A stretch of 64,000 bases of DNA, taken from positions 80,848,001-80,912,000 of the forward strand of contig CM060732.1 in assembly GCA_030704615.1 (NCBI GenBank), in the 5' to 3' direction. Positions 1-11,472 of this stretch are shown here, piece after piece. Numbering within the stretch: position 1 is the first letter of the stretch; each line of letters begins with the position of its first letter. Origin of the DNA: Takakia lepidozioides. Its lineage: Eukaryota; Plantae; Bryophyta. A model generated the notes under the pieces. It was not told the DNA's origin and made no database searches. It saw only the letters and a program-made list of their open reading frames with translations. The position numbers were made by a program, and so were the translations under genes.

Positions 1-1761
1 TTTAAGAGCGATAGTAACTGCACCACAATTGACAGCTTCACCAACATCTTCAAGAAAAGAGAGGTTATCAGTGTCCAGCATAAAATATAGTCTTGTGGCA
101 CCCACTAGATTTTCACGCAGTAGGGTATGGAGCTGGTCCATGAAGAAGTGGTTGAAATCTTACTAATCATGGATTTTCTTCTAAGCCCATAGTTCTCAAC
201 ATCCCTTGTATGACCTCTGTTCCTCTTGAAATTCTGGTTGTCAACACTGAAACAGAACTTGTGTAATTTGAATTGCAGCTGCTGAAAATTTAACCCCTCT
301 TGTTGTTGATGCAGAATTTGACTGTCAATCTGAACTTTGAAGGCGTTGCTGTAATGAAAACAGCATCAGAGCTTGCTATGGCCAAGGAAATGTCCACTAG
401 CCAGCTGAAAGCCATTCCATTTGTGCACACATTGTGGGGTCAGTGGACCAGTTGGGTGTTTTCCATGGGTAATGCCTTTATGGAATCAAGCTGATTCAGA
501 CTGATCTACTCCGCCTCAAGAGTATACATCCTGGGAAAGCACTGCACGGGCCTCATTCCTTTGTTTGGTGGAGTGTGCTCCCTGTGTACATATGATCACT
601 TGCAATGTGAACAGCGAGTGGCTCTGTAAGAGGCCTTGTGGGACAGTGTCTAGCTGGAGTTATATCGAAGCTAATACATGCTCCATCTTCTTTGGGGACT
701 TCCTTATTTGGATCTCAATTTTGTGCCAGAAGATGTTGTAGCATGATCATGTCCATACAAATTGAATTAGGCTTTGTTTTACAATAATGACAGTTCCCTT
801 ACCAAAGACTGGTGTTTGAGCCTTCCACGATTCATTGTAGTGGCCCAATCCTGCATATGCTCTAAATGTGGTCACATGAGGGAAGGAACTGTGGTTAGCA
901 TGGTACAAGGTCAACCCTGAGTTATCAGGAGGATATGTGAGATAATCATCTAAGAAACAATAGTAGTAAACTAATGTGAACCTTTCCTAGTCTTTCTGAT
1001 TTTTCTCTGTTTCATACTTTGGTCAGGCTTACAGCTGTCATATGAGGCGATAGATAAACTGTGGCTTTGCCATTGCTGGCAGGTTCCCCCAAGAAACAAG
1101 GAGCAGGGGGCGAGCATTCAAACAGCATGTCAATGCACATTATGGGTAGCCTTCGTGGGGCAGCCATTGGTTCATAGTACAGAAGGGCAATTGGTGGAGG
1201 CTCTGGCATCAAACAGACTAAAAACCTAGACTGTGTCAGTTTGTAATTTGCAGTTCATTACAAACATGCACTTCTGCTTTTGTGGGAGTTTTTCCCAGTA
1301 GGTCAAGTAGAAAGTTTGTGCCTGAGGCTGTTCCTTCAAAGGGCCTGTTTCACTTCTACACGTAACTATTTCATTGATCTTATAAAGTGGATTCAGAGAG
1401 GACGACCAGACCAATTGAGGAGGATAAGACCTTTTGAGGTGGCATAAGTATATTCTTTTGAGCTGTACAGATGTAAACTTTGAGGGAATATTGGTGTTTG
1501 TGGATTTGAATGCAATCTCACAAGCCTGTAATTGGGTCAGGAACCCAGTCTTTCTGTTTGAGCGTTGTCCGTGTTTTGCAGCGTTCTTGGACGGCAGCTT
1601 CGCACTCTGTGCAATAAACAGCACACCTCCAATGTACGGATGCATGCCTTTGAGTCAAGATAGTCCAGTCCAGTCCTGCATTGGTACTTTCAACTTCACT
1701 ATTTGCTTACAAAACTTCCGGCCTATATGAACCTTCAATAGTCACGTGCATATTGCTCCTC

Positions 1762-4077
1762 TCACCAATAATCCCCGCAAGAACAAACCCCATCTTGGAA
1801 GTGGTGGAAGCGGTTGGCATCCCGTACAATAACTGCACGCCCAACAATCTTCGAGATGAACTTGGTGGCAGTGTGGCAGTGACCACACACGCGAAGGTTT
1901 TTGATAATGTGGATGGGCATCCCAGCGGGTGTGCTAATCAACCCAAAAGCAATGGCCAGCTTCTCACTGTGGGTGCAAAGAGAAAATTCCTTTTGCTCCT
2001 CCCCAACTTCACGCAATACAAAACGCATGTCAGGCAAGTACCCTGCCTCCTTCATCTGCCAAGACAATCTCTTCAGCTCTGCATGGATTTCCTCAATTTG
2101 TGGATGCAGATTGTCGTCTACCATGAATGTATGCACCTGATTGTCCACCTCGATGCAGCAGTGCCCTGGCTCTTTTTGTACACCTCTGTCCTGCATCATT
2201 GTCCTCACCTTTGCTGCATCGTCCCACCTGCCAGCAGCAGCATAGATGTTCGATAGTGACACAGAAGTTGCTGCATTCTGTGGATTCCACTTGAGAAGGC
2301 ATCTTGCTGCACGTTCAGCCACTTCCATGTTACCATGAACTCTGGAGGCCCCAAGCAACGCCCCCCACACTGCAGCACCTGGTTCAACTTGCATCTTGTT
2401 AATTAAGTCCTCTGCCGCATACAATCGGCCTGCACGGCCAAGAAGGTCCACCATGCAGCCAACATGCTCCACAGTGGGAGTGAGGCCAAAATCTCGACTC
2501 ATGGAGTCAAAGTAGTGGCAGCCTTCATCAACTAGGCCCACATGGCTACATGCAGAGAGAACACATGTAAAGGTGATAGGATTTGGCTTCAATCCTTCCT
2601 CTTGCATTTCTTCAAATAGTTGCAGGGCCTCCATACCACACCCATGCTGTGCATATCCTACAATCATTGCACTCCATGAGACCACATTTCGTTCAGCCAT
2701 GTTGTCAAACACTTTCCGTGCATCCTTCATGCTCCCACATTTGGCATACATGTCAGAAAGGGCCGTCTCCACAATGATCTCTGGTGCAATTCCAGCTTTA
2801 ATGATGTCAGCATGGATTTCTTTGCCCTTTTCCAGGGCTGCCATGCTGGCACATGCATTGAGGGCGCAAACGAATGTGACCCTGTTGGGCGTCACCCCTG
2901 CCTGCTTCATTCCCTCATAAGTAACCAACGCCTCCCTACCGCATCCATGCTGAGCATATCCTGCAATCACCGCATTCCATGGGACCACATTTGGCTTCAA
3001 CCCTGCCTGTTGCATTTGTTCAAGGAGTTGCAGGGCCTCCCTACCACACCCATGCTGTGCATATCCTGCGATCATTGCACTCCATGAGACAACGTCTCGT
3101 TCAGCCATATTGTCAAATACTTCACGCGCATCCGTCAAGCTCCCACATTTGGAATACATGTCAACAAGGGTATTTTCTAAAATTACACATGTCCTAATTC
3201 CAGCGTTGATAACAGAAGCATGGACCTCTTTGCCCTTTTCCAGAGCTGCCATAGTGGCACATGCCTTGAGAACAGAAACAAATGTGACCTCGTTGGCTTT
3301 TACCCCTTTCCCTATCATTTCCTCATATAGCTCCAAGGCCTCCTTGCCGCACCCTTGCTGGACATATCCCGCAATCATGGCGCTCCACGAGACCACGTTT
3401 CGTTCAACCATACTATCAAACCCATGACGTGCATCCTTTATGTTCCCGCATTTGGCATACATGTTGACAAGGGCAGTCTCCAAAATGATGTCTGGTGTAA
3501 TTCTAGCTTTGATGATGTGATCATGGACCTCTTTGCCCTTTTCCAGGATTCCTAGGCTGGCACACGCATTGAGAACACAAACGAATGTGACCTCGTTGGC
3601 CACCACCCCTTCGTGTATCATTTGCTCATAGGTTTCCAGAGCCTCCCTACCACACCCATGCTTGGCATATCCCGCAATCAGTACATTCCACGTATAAACA
3701 TCTCGTTCAGGCATGTTGTCAAAAACGAGTCGAGCATCTACCACACTTCCACACTTGGCATACATGTTGACAAGACTGGTAAGTAGAAAAATGTCTGGCT
3801 TGAATCCACTTTGGATAATGTGGTTGTGCACCTGCTTTCCCTCTGCTAGGCCTTTCCTCTTGATGCACTCCTGGAAGAGACAGACATAAGTATTGGAGTC
3901 TGCCAAAATGCCTCCTTGGTTCAGAATATGCAGCGCCTTTTTCAGTTGTCCTGCCTTGCAAAGTGTCCTCACATGCGCTGGAGAGGCAGAAGAGTTGTTG
4001 TTGACTCCTGCTCTTGGTCCTCTTTCAGTAGTGGCCATGGTGGCAGTGCCTGACTCAAACAAATGTGCCTGGTTCAA
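1762..4077 (-). CDS. PLS-class pentatricopeptide repeat protein with E/E+ and DYW cytidine-deaminase domain (organellar C-to-U RNA editing factor)
   Basis: Intronless 771-codon ORF with repeated P-L-S motifs ([30 protein letters not shown]), a PG box ([10 protein letters not shown]), HSEKLA, the CGHCH zinc ligands and C-terminal CSCGDYW. The first in-frame ATG is at 4038; the true start may lie there or in an upstream exon. Confidence 0.96.
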   Translation of the reverse strand: MNQAHLFESGTATMATTERGPRAGVNNNSSASPAHVRTLCKAGQLKKALHILNQGGILADSNTYVCLFQECIKRKGLAEGKQVHNHIIQSGFKPDIFLLTSLVNMYAKCGSVVDARLVFDNMPERDVYTWNVLIAGYAKHGCGREALETYEQMIHEGVVANEVTFVCVLNACASLGILEKGKEVHDHIIKARITPDIILETALVNMYAKCGNIKDARHGFDSMVERNVVSWSAMIAGYVQQGCGKEALELYEEMIGKGVKANEVTFVSVLKACATMAALEKGKEVHASVINAGIRTCVILENTLVDMYSKCGSLTDAREVFDNMAERDVVSWSAMIAGYAQHGCGREALQLLEQMQQAGLKPNVVPWNAVIAGYAQHGCGREALVTYEGMKQAGVTPNRVTFVCALNACASMAALEKGKEIHADIIKAGIAPEIIVETALSDMYAKCGSMKDARKVFDNMAERNVVSWSAMIVGYAQHGCGMEALQLFEEMQEEGLKPNPITFTCVLSACSHVGLVDEGCHYFDSMSRDFGLTPTVEHVGCMVDLLGRAGRLYAAEDLINKMQVEPGAAVWGALLGASRVHGNMEVAERAARCLLKWNPQNAATSVSLSNIYAAAGRWDDAAKVRTMMQDRGVQKEPGHCCIEVDNQVHTFMVDDNLHPQIEEIHAELKRLSWQMKEAGYLPDMRFVLREVGEEQKEFSLCTHSEKLAIAFGLISTPAGMPIHIIKNLRVCGHCHTATKFISKIVGRAVIVRDANRFHHFQDGVCSCGDYW

Positions 4078-4614
4078 CCATGCATTCCTGCATAACTCAA
4101 AACTCTTGATTTACAAACCTTGACCCTCAAACTCAAACATAGCTTGCAAAGCTCCTATATACTTTCATGGAAGACCTCTCAATGAGGACAGGATCCTTAC
4201 TACATATCAGCAGGGTTTTCTGGATTGGTAGATGCGTGAAAGCTTCCATTGCTTCTTCATCTCTGATGTGAGATAATAGGCATTTCACCCAACAAAACAT
4301 CTATGATCTGTTGTCCAAGGCACCGTAACAGTAAGCCAACTAAGGTTGTGCAGGTCGTCCTTCACACAACAAACAACAAATGACGCGTAGGGAGACTCGG
4401 TGAGTGGCAAGACTGCATACTGCAGTGACCCTGGAGAAAATCTAAAATCCACGAGACATTTCTCAGAAACTACATTATGCTATTCTCCACAATTGCAAAT
4501 TTAGAAGACAGGATATTCAGACCTCTCTGCAAAACGATCCACTTTCTTACCCGCAAGATTGACGCCAACCACGGATTCTCCAAGCCCAGAACCTCAGCTG
4601 AAATGTGAGCATCA

Positions 4615-4828
4615 TTACACTCCATCACAGCCAAGCTGCATCATCAGGGATGCATCGGCGGGCGTTGCTATACCAGCAGCAGCAAAATCAACGACCGGAA
4701 CTCTCCCCAGCTGCTTGGTTTGTCTCACGTCGCACAGAGCAGCAATTTGCTTGGCAAACTGCAAAACCTCGTCCTCCTCCATAGTCTGACTTTCGAATGT
4801 CTCCCAAGATCGCCCTCATCTCTCTCAC
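4615..4828 (-). pseudogene. PDX1: Internal fragment of pyridoxal-5'-phosphate synthase subunit PDX1
   Basis: Minus strand reads [13 protein letters not shown] / frameshift / [56 protein letters not shown], matching the plant PDX1 segment ...[51 protein letters not shown]. Both ends of the protein are missing. Confidence 0.9.
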
Positions 4829-4977
4829 ACTCCCTGCTTCTCCTCTGCTCCTCCCCCTCCCTCTCTCACCTACCTTAACCCTACACTGCACCCTGGTTAA
4901 TTGTTACACCTGAGGCTGAGGAGCATCTGAGGTTAACACTTAACACCTTAGTATAGAAAATAAAGATATGTATATAT

Positions 4978-5609
4978 GCTTCTCATTGTTGAATAATTGG
5001 GAGTTTAATGCTCACATGTGACCCATGCACGGACGTGGGGTACCCATGGGTGGTCCCGCCACGACCCATGACCCTGCCGGGGCTCTGCCGCGCATAGGGT
5101 CCGCAGGCCTGACCCTAGGCGGGGCTTGGGCGGTTTTCTAGGTTAACAGATAAAAATGTTGATTACAATAATATGTAGTGGGTAGTGTGGTGGTTGGGCG
5201 CATTGGGTGTACCCTTGAGGTTATGGGTTCAGCTTTGGCTGTGCCAATTATGCATTAATGATGGTTCCGGTTGGTGTTGCAATTGTATTAATATGATTTT
5301 TTTTTTTATGGGCGAGTTTTCACGCAAAAAATTCTAAGTCCCGTGGGCGGGTGGGTTGCGGCGCGACTAGCAGACCGTTCTGTTGGACCCAAGACGTCCA
5401 ACCCGCGAGTAGACTCGCGACCCGACCTTGCAGCGCCTACCCTCGAGCAGACCCGACCTAACCTGTCAGCAGACCTTGAGCAGACCCGACTTGCCAAGAG
5501 AAAACCCGGACCTGCCGGGTGACCGCGGGTGCGCTCGACATCTGTGCATGGGCCGGCTGCTTGGCTCACGCGTGAGCCTTAAACTCCCAATTATTCAAAA
5601 ATGAGAGGC
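4978..5609. mobile_element. MITE / non-autonomous DNA transposon inserted in (TA)n
   Basis: ~45 bp imperfect TIRs: left gcttctcattgttgaataattgggagtttaatgctcac, right gtgagccttaaactcccaattattcaaaaatgagaggc. TA repeats flank both sides and there is no coding capacity. Confidence 0.85.
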
Positions 5610-5752
5610 TATATATATATATATATTTGGAGGTGGGAGCACTATTGTATTAGAGAATGGGCCGCGTTGGCCGAGTTGGCCGATTCTGCCTGTAAGCGGC
5701 CTTTGGGCGAACCCTATGGCCGCGCACAGGGCAGAATCGGCCCGTTCACTTG

Positions 5753-5962
5753 GTTAAAAGCAAGTGTGAGGGATTCTCGTCGCTATGTGGCGCAATATGA
5801 TTGAGTTTCAATTATCCCATATCGATTGCCCAGATTCAGAGCCCCGGAGAGGATAGAAGTGTTAAAAGCAAGTGTGAGGGATTCTCGCCGCTACGGAGCG
5901 CAATACGATTGAGTTTCAATTCATATCGATTGCCCAGATTTAGAGCCCCGGAGAGGATAGAA
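5753..5962. repeat. Tandem duplication, 2 x ~105-108 bp
   Basis: gttaaaagcaagtgtgagggattctcg...gattgcccagatt.agagccccggagaggatagaa occurs twice in direct orientation. Confidence 0.85.
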
Positions 5963-6001
5963 AGGGGGCGAGCCTCAGGGGAATGTGGGTGGGTTCAGAC
6001 A

Positions 6002-6179
6002 ACCAGCATGTAGCCCAGTGGTAATGGGCACATACCACGTTGGATGTGGTTGTGGGTTCAAACCACGGTCTGGTGTGTCATGAAGGTGTCCACCTTTCAG
6101 CTGGAAGGCACTAGCCCTTCTGGTGAAGTGACACCATAAGTTACCTTCCCTTAGGGAGGCGTCAGACTTTTACTTTTTT
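6002..6179 (+). mobile_element. tRNA-derived SINE-like element (Pol III A and B boxes, T-rich tail)
   Basis: A box TAGCCCAGTGG (6011), D arm GCCC/GGGC, arm ACCAC-GTTGGAT-GTGGT, B box GGTTCAAACC (6055), poor acceptor stem, ends in ttttacttttt. A related 5' fragment lies at ~31762-31800. Confidence 0.6.
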
Positions 6180-6403
6180 GGGTGGGTTCATGGCTGATGA
6201 CAGGGGCCTTGGTGGTAGGTTTGCGGTCCTCTGTGCGGCCATCCCTGCCCATTCTGCCCTGGGCCTTAGAATTAGGCTGAAAAAGTGGCAGAATCCGCCA
6301 CACCTGCTTTTAACGGGAACATCTTGGATTACGGGAACGTCATGAGAGGCGTACTACAGTAAGAGAATGAGTAATAACAATGTCACACCTCAAAACTAAA
6401 TGA

Positions 6404-6475
6404 GGGGCACTGCGAGAATCGAACTCGCGACCTCTTGCACCCAAAGCAAGAATCATACCACTAGACCAAGTGCCC
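6404..6475 (-). tRNA. trnP-UGG: tRNA-Pro (TGG)
   Basis: GGGCACTTGGTCTAGTGGTATGATTCTTGCTTTGGGTGCAAGAGGTCGCGAGTTCGATTCTCGCAGTGCCCC: 7-bp acceptor stem, anticodon arm CTTGC-TTTGGGT-GCAAG, TTCGA T-loop, downstream T4 terminator. Confidence 0.97.
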
Positions 6476-6701
6476 TTACATAATGTAAACTGAATTGTTT
6501 TAAAATAAAAAGTAGACTTGGGTTACTTTCATGACATGCCTCCCTTGTGAGCTTGTGCTAGTCTCAGTGAGGGCAAATGGACCTGTTTGTTTTGGGAGGG
6601 TTTTCTTCGCGCTTGCGTAGGCAGGAAGATCGGAAGCACAGTTAGTTAGGCACGCAGTTGAAGTAATCTGAGCAGACAGATGTTGGAAGACTGTTTGTAA
6701 G

Positions 6702-8977
6702 ATGATGGACTCCAAGGAGATGCCAAGCAGCAGTCTGGAAGCGACCGCCATGAACGAAGGTAGGTGCTTCGGGTACTGTATACTTTGATGATCCGTTGCT
6801 GTCCTCGGGATTTTGATGGTTTGAATTGGTCTTCTATGTGTTGCGATTGGAAGCAGATTTCATTTTCAATCAAGTCTTGGGCAGTTGAGAGGTGTTGTTT
6901 TATCGCACCGTTACCGATGAAAGACCAAAGATATTATTTCAAAACAGGGGAATCTCTTAATTTTTCTGATCGTAAAGTCTCACACTACAACTAAGTCCAT
7001 TACCGAGACTTTGCCCGTGTTTGCTAAGGTCTAGATATCCAAGATGTTGGGCTTTACATTCAGGGGTCTATTCAAAGATATCGATCTCCTTGCTACATTC
7101 TAGAGATAAGCTTTAAAAGGTAAAACCAGATAGCCAAATCTGTATGATGGGAAAGCTCGATGAGCAAGGTCTGTATTCTTTGGACGCACCTACGCAATCA
7201 TTTTCCCAGACCACTGATTCCACTTCCTTGAAATTTAAATTAGAGCAGTTGCGTAAACTAGCATTCAGTCAATTCCCAGGGACTCCATATGACAATGGAT
7301 GTAAGATGAATCCCTTGGCTGCTGATCGTCCTAGCATCCCACAAGAGTCGCTCCTCGTTCAAGGATGCTCGTTATTAGTAAGGATTGCTTTCTTCATATT
7401 ATTGTGGGCAGAAGAATGCAGAAAATAAGCGAAGATAAAGAAACCACACCGCCCTAGTTTTCCTTCGCTTCTGAACACCTTCTAGATGAACATACAGCTG
7501 GGAAAGTTACTGCCTTTTCCAAGGTGAGAAGATACTCACATTTTCTCTCACAACTCCGTTGCTGACATCTTGAAGACATGTATTATTCAGCAAGTTCAAG
7601 GTCTCTGCCTGGCTTCAATTTATGAAATTGTCAAATTTATGGACCACTCAAAGAGTTAATTCTTAAAGTAGGGAATGCCATTTGATCACTTATAGTTGAT
7701 AGATAGAGAAAGCAGTATGTTTTGTGAGCTCCTAGGGTTTAGTATAAGCCTTGTTTCTGTGACGTTCTGCTCTTTACAATGGCCCTCAAGTGCTCATGCT
7801 TATTGAAGGTGGTTTTTCGCTTCGAAATTGCTACTAACTGTAAGCACAATGTGCCTTCAGATGCAGATAAGAAGGAAGAAGACTTACTGATAAAGCCTCA
7901 GCTACCTGAGTTCTATGATCCGGATATTGACACGGTCAATGAGGTGTGGGCAGCGCAGCAACGGAAAAATCGGAAATCAGATGCTGTCCTTAGTTGCCCT
8001 GGATGCTTCACCACCCTTTGTATTGATTGTCAAAGGTCATAATTTAAACCCTTCATTCAATCTTTGGCTGTGGCATGTGAAAGTTATGTGTGGAAGTTGT
8101 TGAGCTTGGCTGTGGTATCCTGGCGGATCTACGGTTATGTTTTTCAAGAGTACAAGTAGCAATTTGGTTTTGCTCATGTTTTGGAGGGAAAAGATTGATA
8201 TTACCTCAATACCAGGATGGGCGTGCAAGAAAAGAAAAGAAAAGAAAGAGAAATGTATCTTTCCCTGTTAGGGTTGGCCATGTTGGCTATGACAACCCTT
8301 TGAGGCTAGGGTACTAAAGCGTTGCGGGTGTGCAGCCCGACAGGGCACACTAGTCTCAACCCACGATTTTCAGCTGGCATTGACTTCATACTAGAACGTA
8401 TGAGATTGTTTCTGGCACTGCTGGTCACTGTCAAAGAAAAGGGCAGAAAGAGAGGGCTTTTGAGTGTCACGTATATGTTAGGAGAGCTACAGTTCAAAAA
8501 ACACCCATGTCTTTGGCACCAGTGCGGTGTTATCAAGTTTCAGCCTTGCCCTCCTTGTTCTATTGAAATCATCCACTGCTCTCCTCCCTCCAGCTTGAGG
8601 TTCCTACGTTGTGATTCCAAGTGGAAGTAATGTGAGTGGTCCACTTTACATGCAGGCATGAACTATATATCCATCAATACAGGGCTATGTTTGTCAGGAA
8701 TTGCAAAGTAGTGCAGACTGAAAGGCTACAATTTCAGCTCACTGCACAAAGGAAGAGGTGGCGAAACGGTCGTCGCAAAGGTCGGCAGCGAGGTGATCAA
8801 GAGGGGGGAGGGCCAGTATCTGATAGGGTAGGGATGATTTCTGTGAGTGAAACTAGTAATGCTAATGGAGACGAGATTTACAAGCCGGTGAGATGTGTTG
8901 AGTGTGAAACAGAGGTTGGATTTTTAGATAGTGAGGAGATCTACCATTTTTTCAATGTAATGCCAAGTTACTCCTAG
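6702..8977 (+). CDS. EAPP: E2F-associated phosphoprotein (EAPP)-like protein, 3 exons
   Basis: Exons 6702-6759, 7861-8035 and 8656-8977 join in phase across GT-AG introns. Motifs FYDPD.D, SDAVLSCPGCFTTLCIDCQRH..Y..QYRAMFV.NC and Y.PV.C..C.TEVG..D.EE.YHFFNV.PS match the Eapp_C family. Confidence 0.9.
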
Positions 8978-11472
8978 TGCTTTGAGCAACGGATGGGTGA
9001 TGCTCAGGTTGGCTACAGCTTGTTTGCACCTCCTTCAATGGTTTCTCTCGCCTTCTTGGTGTAACAGAGTATGAATCACTGCGGTTGACTACAATCCAGG
9101 ATTTCCTTTGTCTTTTTAATTGCGACACTCTTACTTTGAAGTCCACACCTTCACATTTCTTCAAACCATTAGTCCAAAGTAAGGGCTCACCTAAATTTCA
9201 AGGCCCTTCCCAGGAAACATTAGCCTCCTGCTCAATTCCGGTGGCTTCATCAACACTTGGTCTCATTCTCCAGCAGACATGTTGATTAGCTGCAGGGTCT
9301 ATCTGTCTGGATCTTTCTATCTTGGTTATTATGCTACCTTCTCAGGCCCCTCAGATTTTAAGGACATGTTGTATGAGGTGCTGGGGTATTCTTTTGTTGC
9401 TTTCAAATTTCTCCTGCTCTGGCTCTCCTGAGGCTCCTAATCTTGCAGATCAGTAGGAAGGCTTGTTTAATGTTTTAGTGCTGATTTTCGGTTTAGTCCT
9501 TCATCCGGTCCTAAGCTTTCTGTGGCTGGAGTTATCCTAGGATTCATCATAGTTGTCACCTTGCCTGCTACTTCATCGTTAGTAGTTAGCCCCCGGGCAC
9601 GATTCAAAGCTGACTGGGTTTGCTCCCAGGAAATCTGGTGCTGTAGTATTAAGCTTGCCCAAATTGGCCAGGTTAGAGTGTTACCAAATCCCCGGATGTT
9701 ACTGTCATGGCTCTTCACATGGTTATTTTTTCCATGTTTCTCTTATCATGATTTACAGGGCCTCAGTTCCCCTTTATCTGAAAAAAAGGAACAAAACAAG
9801 TAACAATGTTGCATCATACCACTGTTCTGGGACTGAAGGGAATATGGAAGCCAAACTTGTGGTGGGTCAGGGTCAGGTTTGTCTTCGTCATGTCTGCACT
9901 AGATTACACGTAATCAGGTTCCATTGGAGGAGCTATCTTGACGTTAGTTGGTTTATGGCTATCAATTCTCTTCTCTTTCATGAAAATGCACCAATTGACA
10001 TGGCGATGCACAATTCCAGTTGCACTTGATTGCCCCCATCAACATGGAATCTTGCATGTGAACAATGTGCAGAGTCAGTGTGCTCGTGTACTTCTTCGTG
10101 AACAATCATGAGCTTATGATGATGCATTGCATTCAATGCATCACAAACAACGAGAGGTTGTAAATTGTAATCTATGGCGGCCCCCCTTCTCAACAAACTT
10201 TGTGCAAGTGAAACAAGACAAAACCCAAGTGCGAAATGTACTGGTTGGGTAAGCGTAGTCATTGCTATGAAGGCGAATGAAATAGAATCTGTAGCAGTGC
10301 AAAGGCGCCACTTGTCGTAGTTGAGCTTTTCCGGGGCCTTTCGTTTTCTCTCTGCCCTCCCCACTCCGGCCCAGATGGGTGTTGTTGAGTAAGTAGGGCT
10401 CATGTGTGCAGGTTTGATCTACCTCTTTCTGCCCTCCTTCTACTCGTCCACTCGTCCTCAGACGCGGGAAGGTCTCATCTTTGACCCTCCCCAGCGTAAA
10501 GCGTAAGGTCCTATGATACTTTTCATCTTGGGCCCAATCCGAGGCCCCTTCCGCTTTCGGAAGATGCTACCGAAGCCGGAAGACCAATTCTGCGTAGGAG
10601 AGGCCTTGATTGACACGGACTAAAATATCAAGAGGGCCTTACGTTCAGCTCATAGTGTGTACGATTTATTCTATGGGTCGGGATGCGAGTCTCTCTTTAA
10701 GTTTCCGCGTCTTTGTGTGTAGGAGAATATTTATTGCTTCACTGTTCTCTTAATTGTTTGCGGTTTAGTTGAAGATTTTGGTCGTTTTGTTCTGTTGGTG
10801 TCTCTTGTGTCCGTCTCTGTGAACATCATCTTTCTGCCCCCCTCCAAGTGGCCGGTTCTTGGGGCTAATTCCTCTTGCTTCGTTGGAAGGCGTCACTGGA
10901 GAAAAGGCTTGAAGACCCTCAGGACCCACTTAGAAGTAGGAGAAGCTCCTCTTGCTTCTTTTCAACACGTCACTGGAAGAAAGGCCTGTAAATGCCCAAC
11001 CCACACATAATTGTCTTGACACTGCTTGAAGGTGCTGTCCCTGACCTATAGCTTCGAGATGGTAACAGGCCTTCATTTCCAAACTCTCCCCTTTCTAATT
11101 ACGTTAGGATAAAAAACAGAGTACATTTGAGCTGCCTCCAGTTTCCTCGCTCTCCCCTTATCCCTCGATTCCCCTCTCTCTCCCAGGGACTTCAAGTGTG
11201 AGTTGTCTTTCGCCGAGGTAACTGAAAATTTGATCCTTAAATAGATCGCCCTGTCACATTGGCGAGGTGTATTTACTGGGCACATTATATGTTCTCATCT
11301 TCTTTAGTGCCTTCGGCATCCAATTTTCTGACGGAGACTAAGTACACTGCCACAACCTCACAACAAACCCCATTCTTACATCCTGGAGTTTCGGCAATTG
11401 AGGGAATTCATTCACCTGCCGGGCCTCAGGACCAGGCTTCATGAACTGAATAAGCAAGAATAAAGCGTGAAA

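Noticed and set aside
1681-3555. Plus-strand ORFs overlapping the PPR gene, and most other short ORFs in the track
   Set aside because: They are antisense or off-frame shadows of real exons or repeats, with no recognisable motifs (e.g. the poly-ER ORF at 59139-59399 is the microsatellite).
10320-10850. Solo LTR / LTR-retrotransposon remnant
   Set aside because: A PPT-like purine run and an RKRKAPEKLNY peptide are suggestive, but there is no second LTR, PBS, TSD or clear pol motif.
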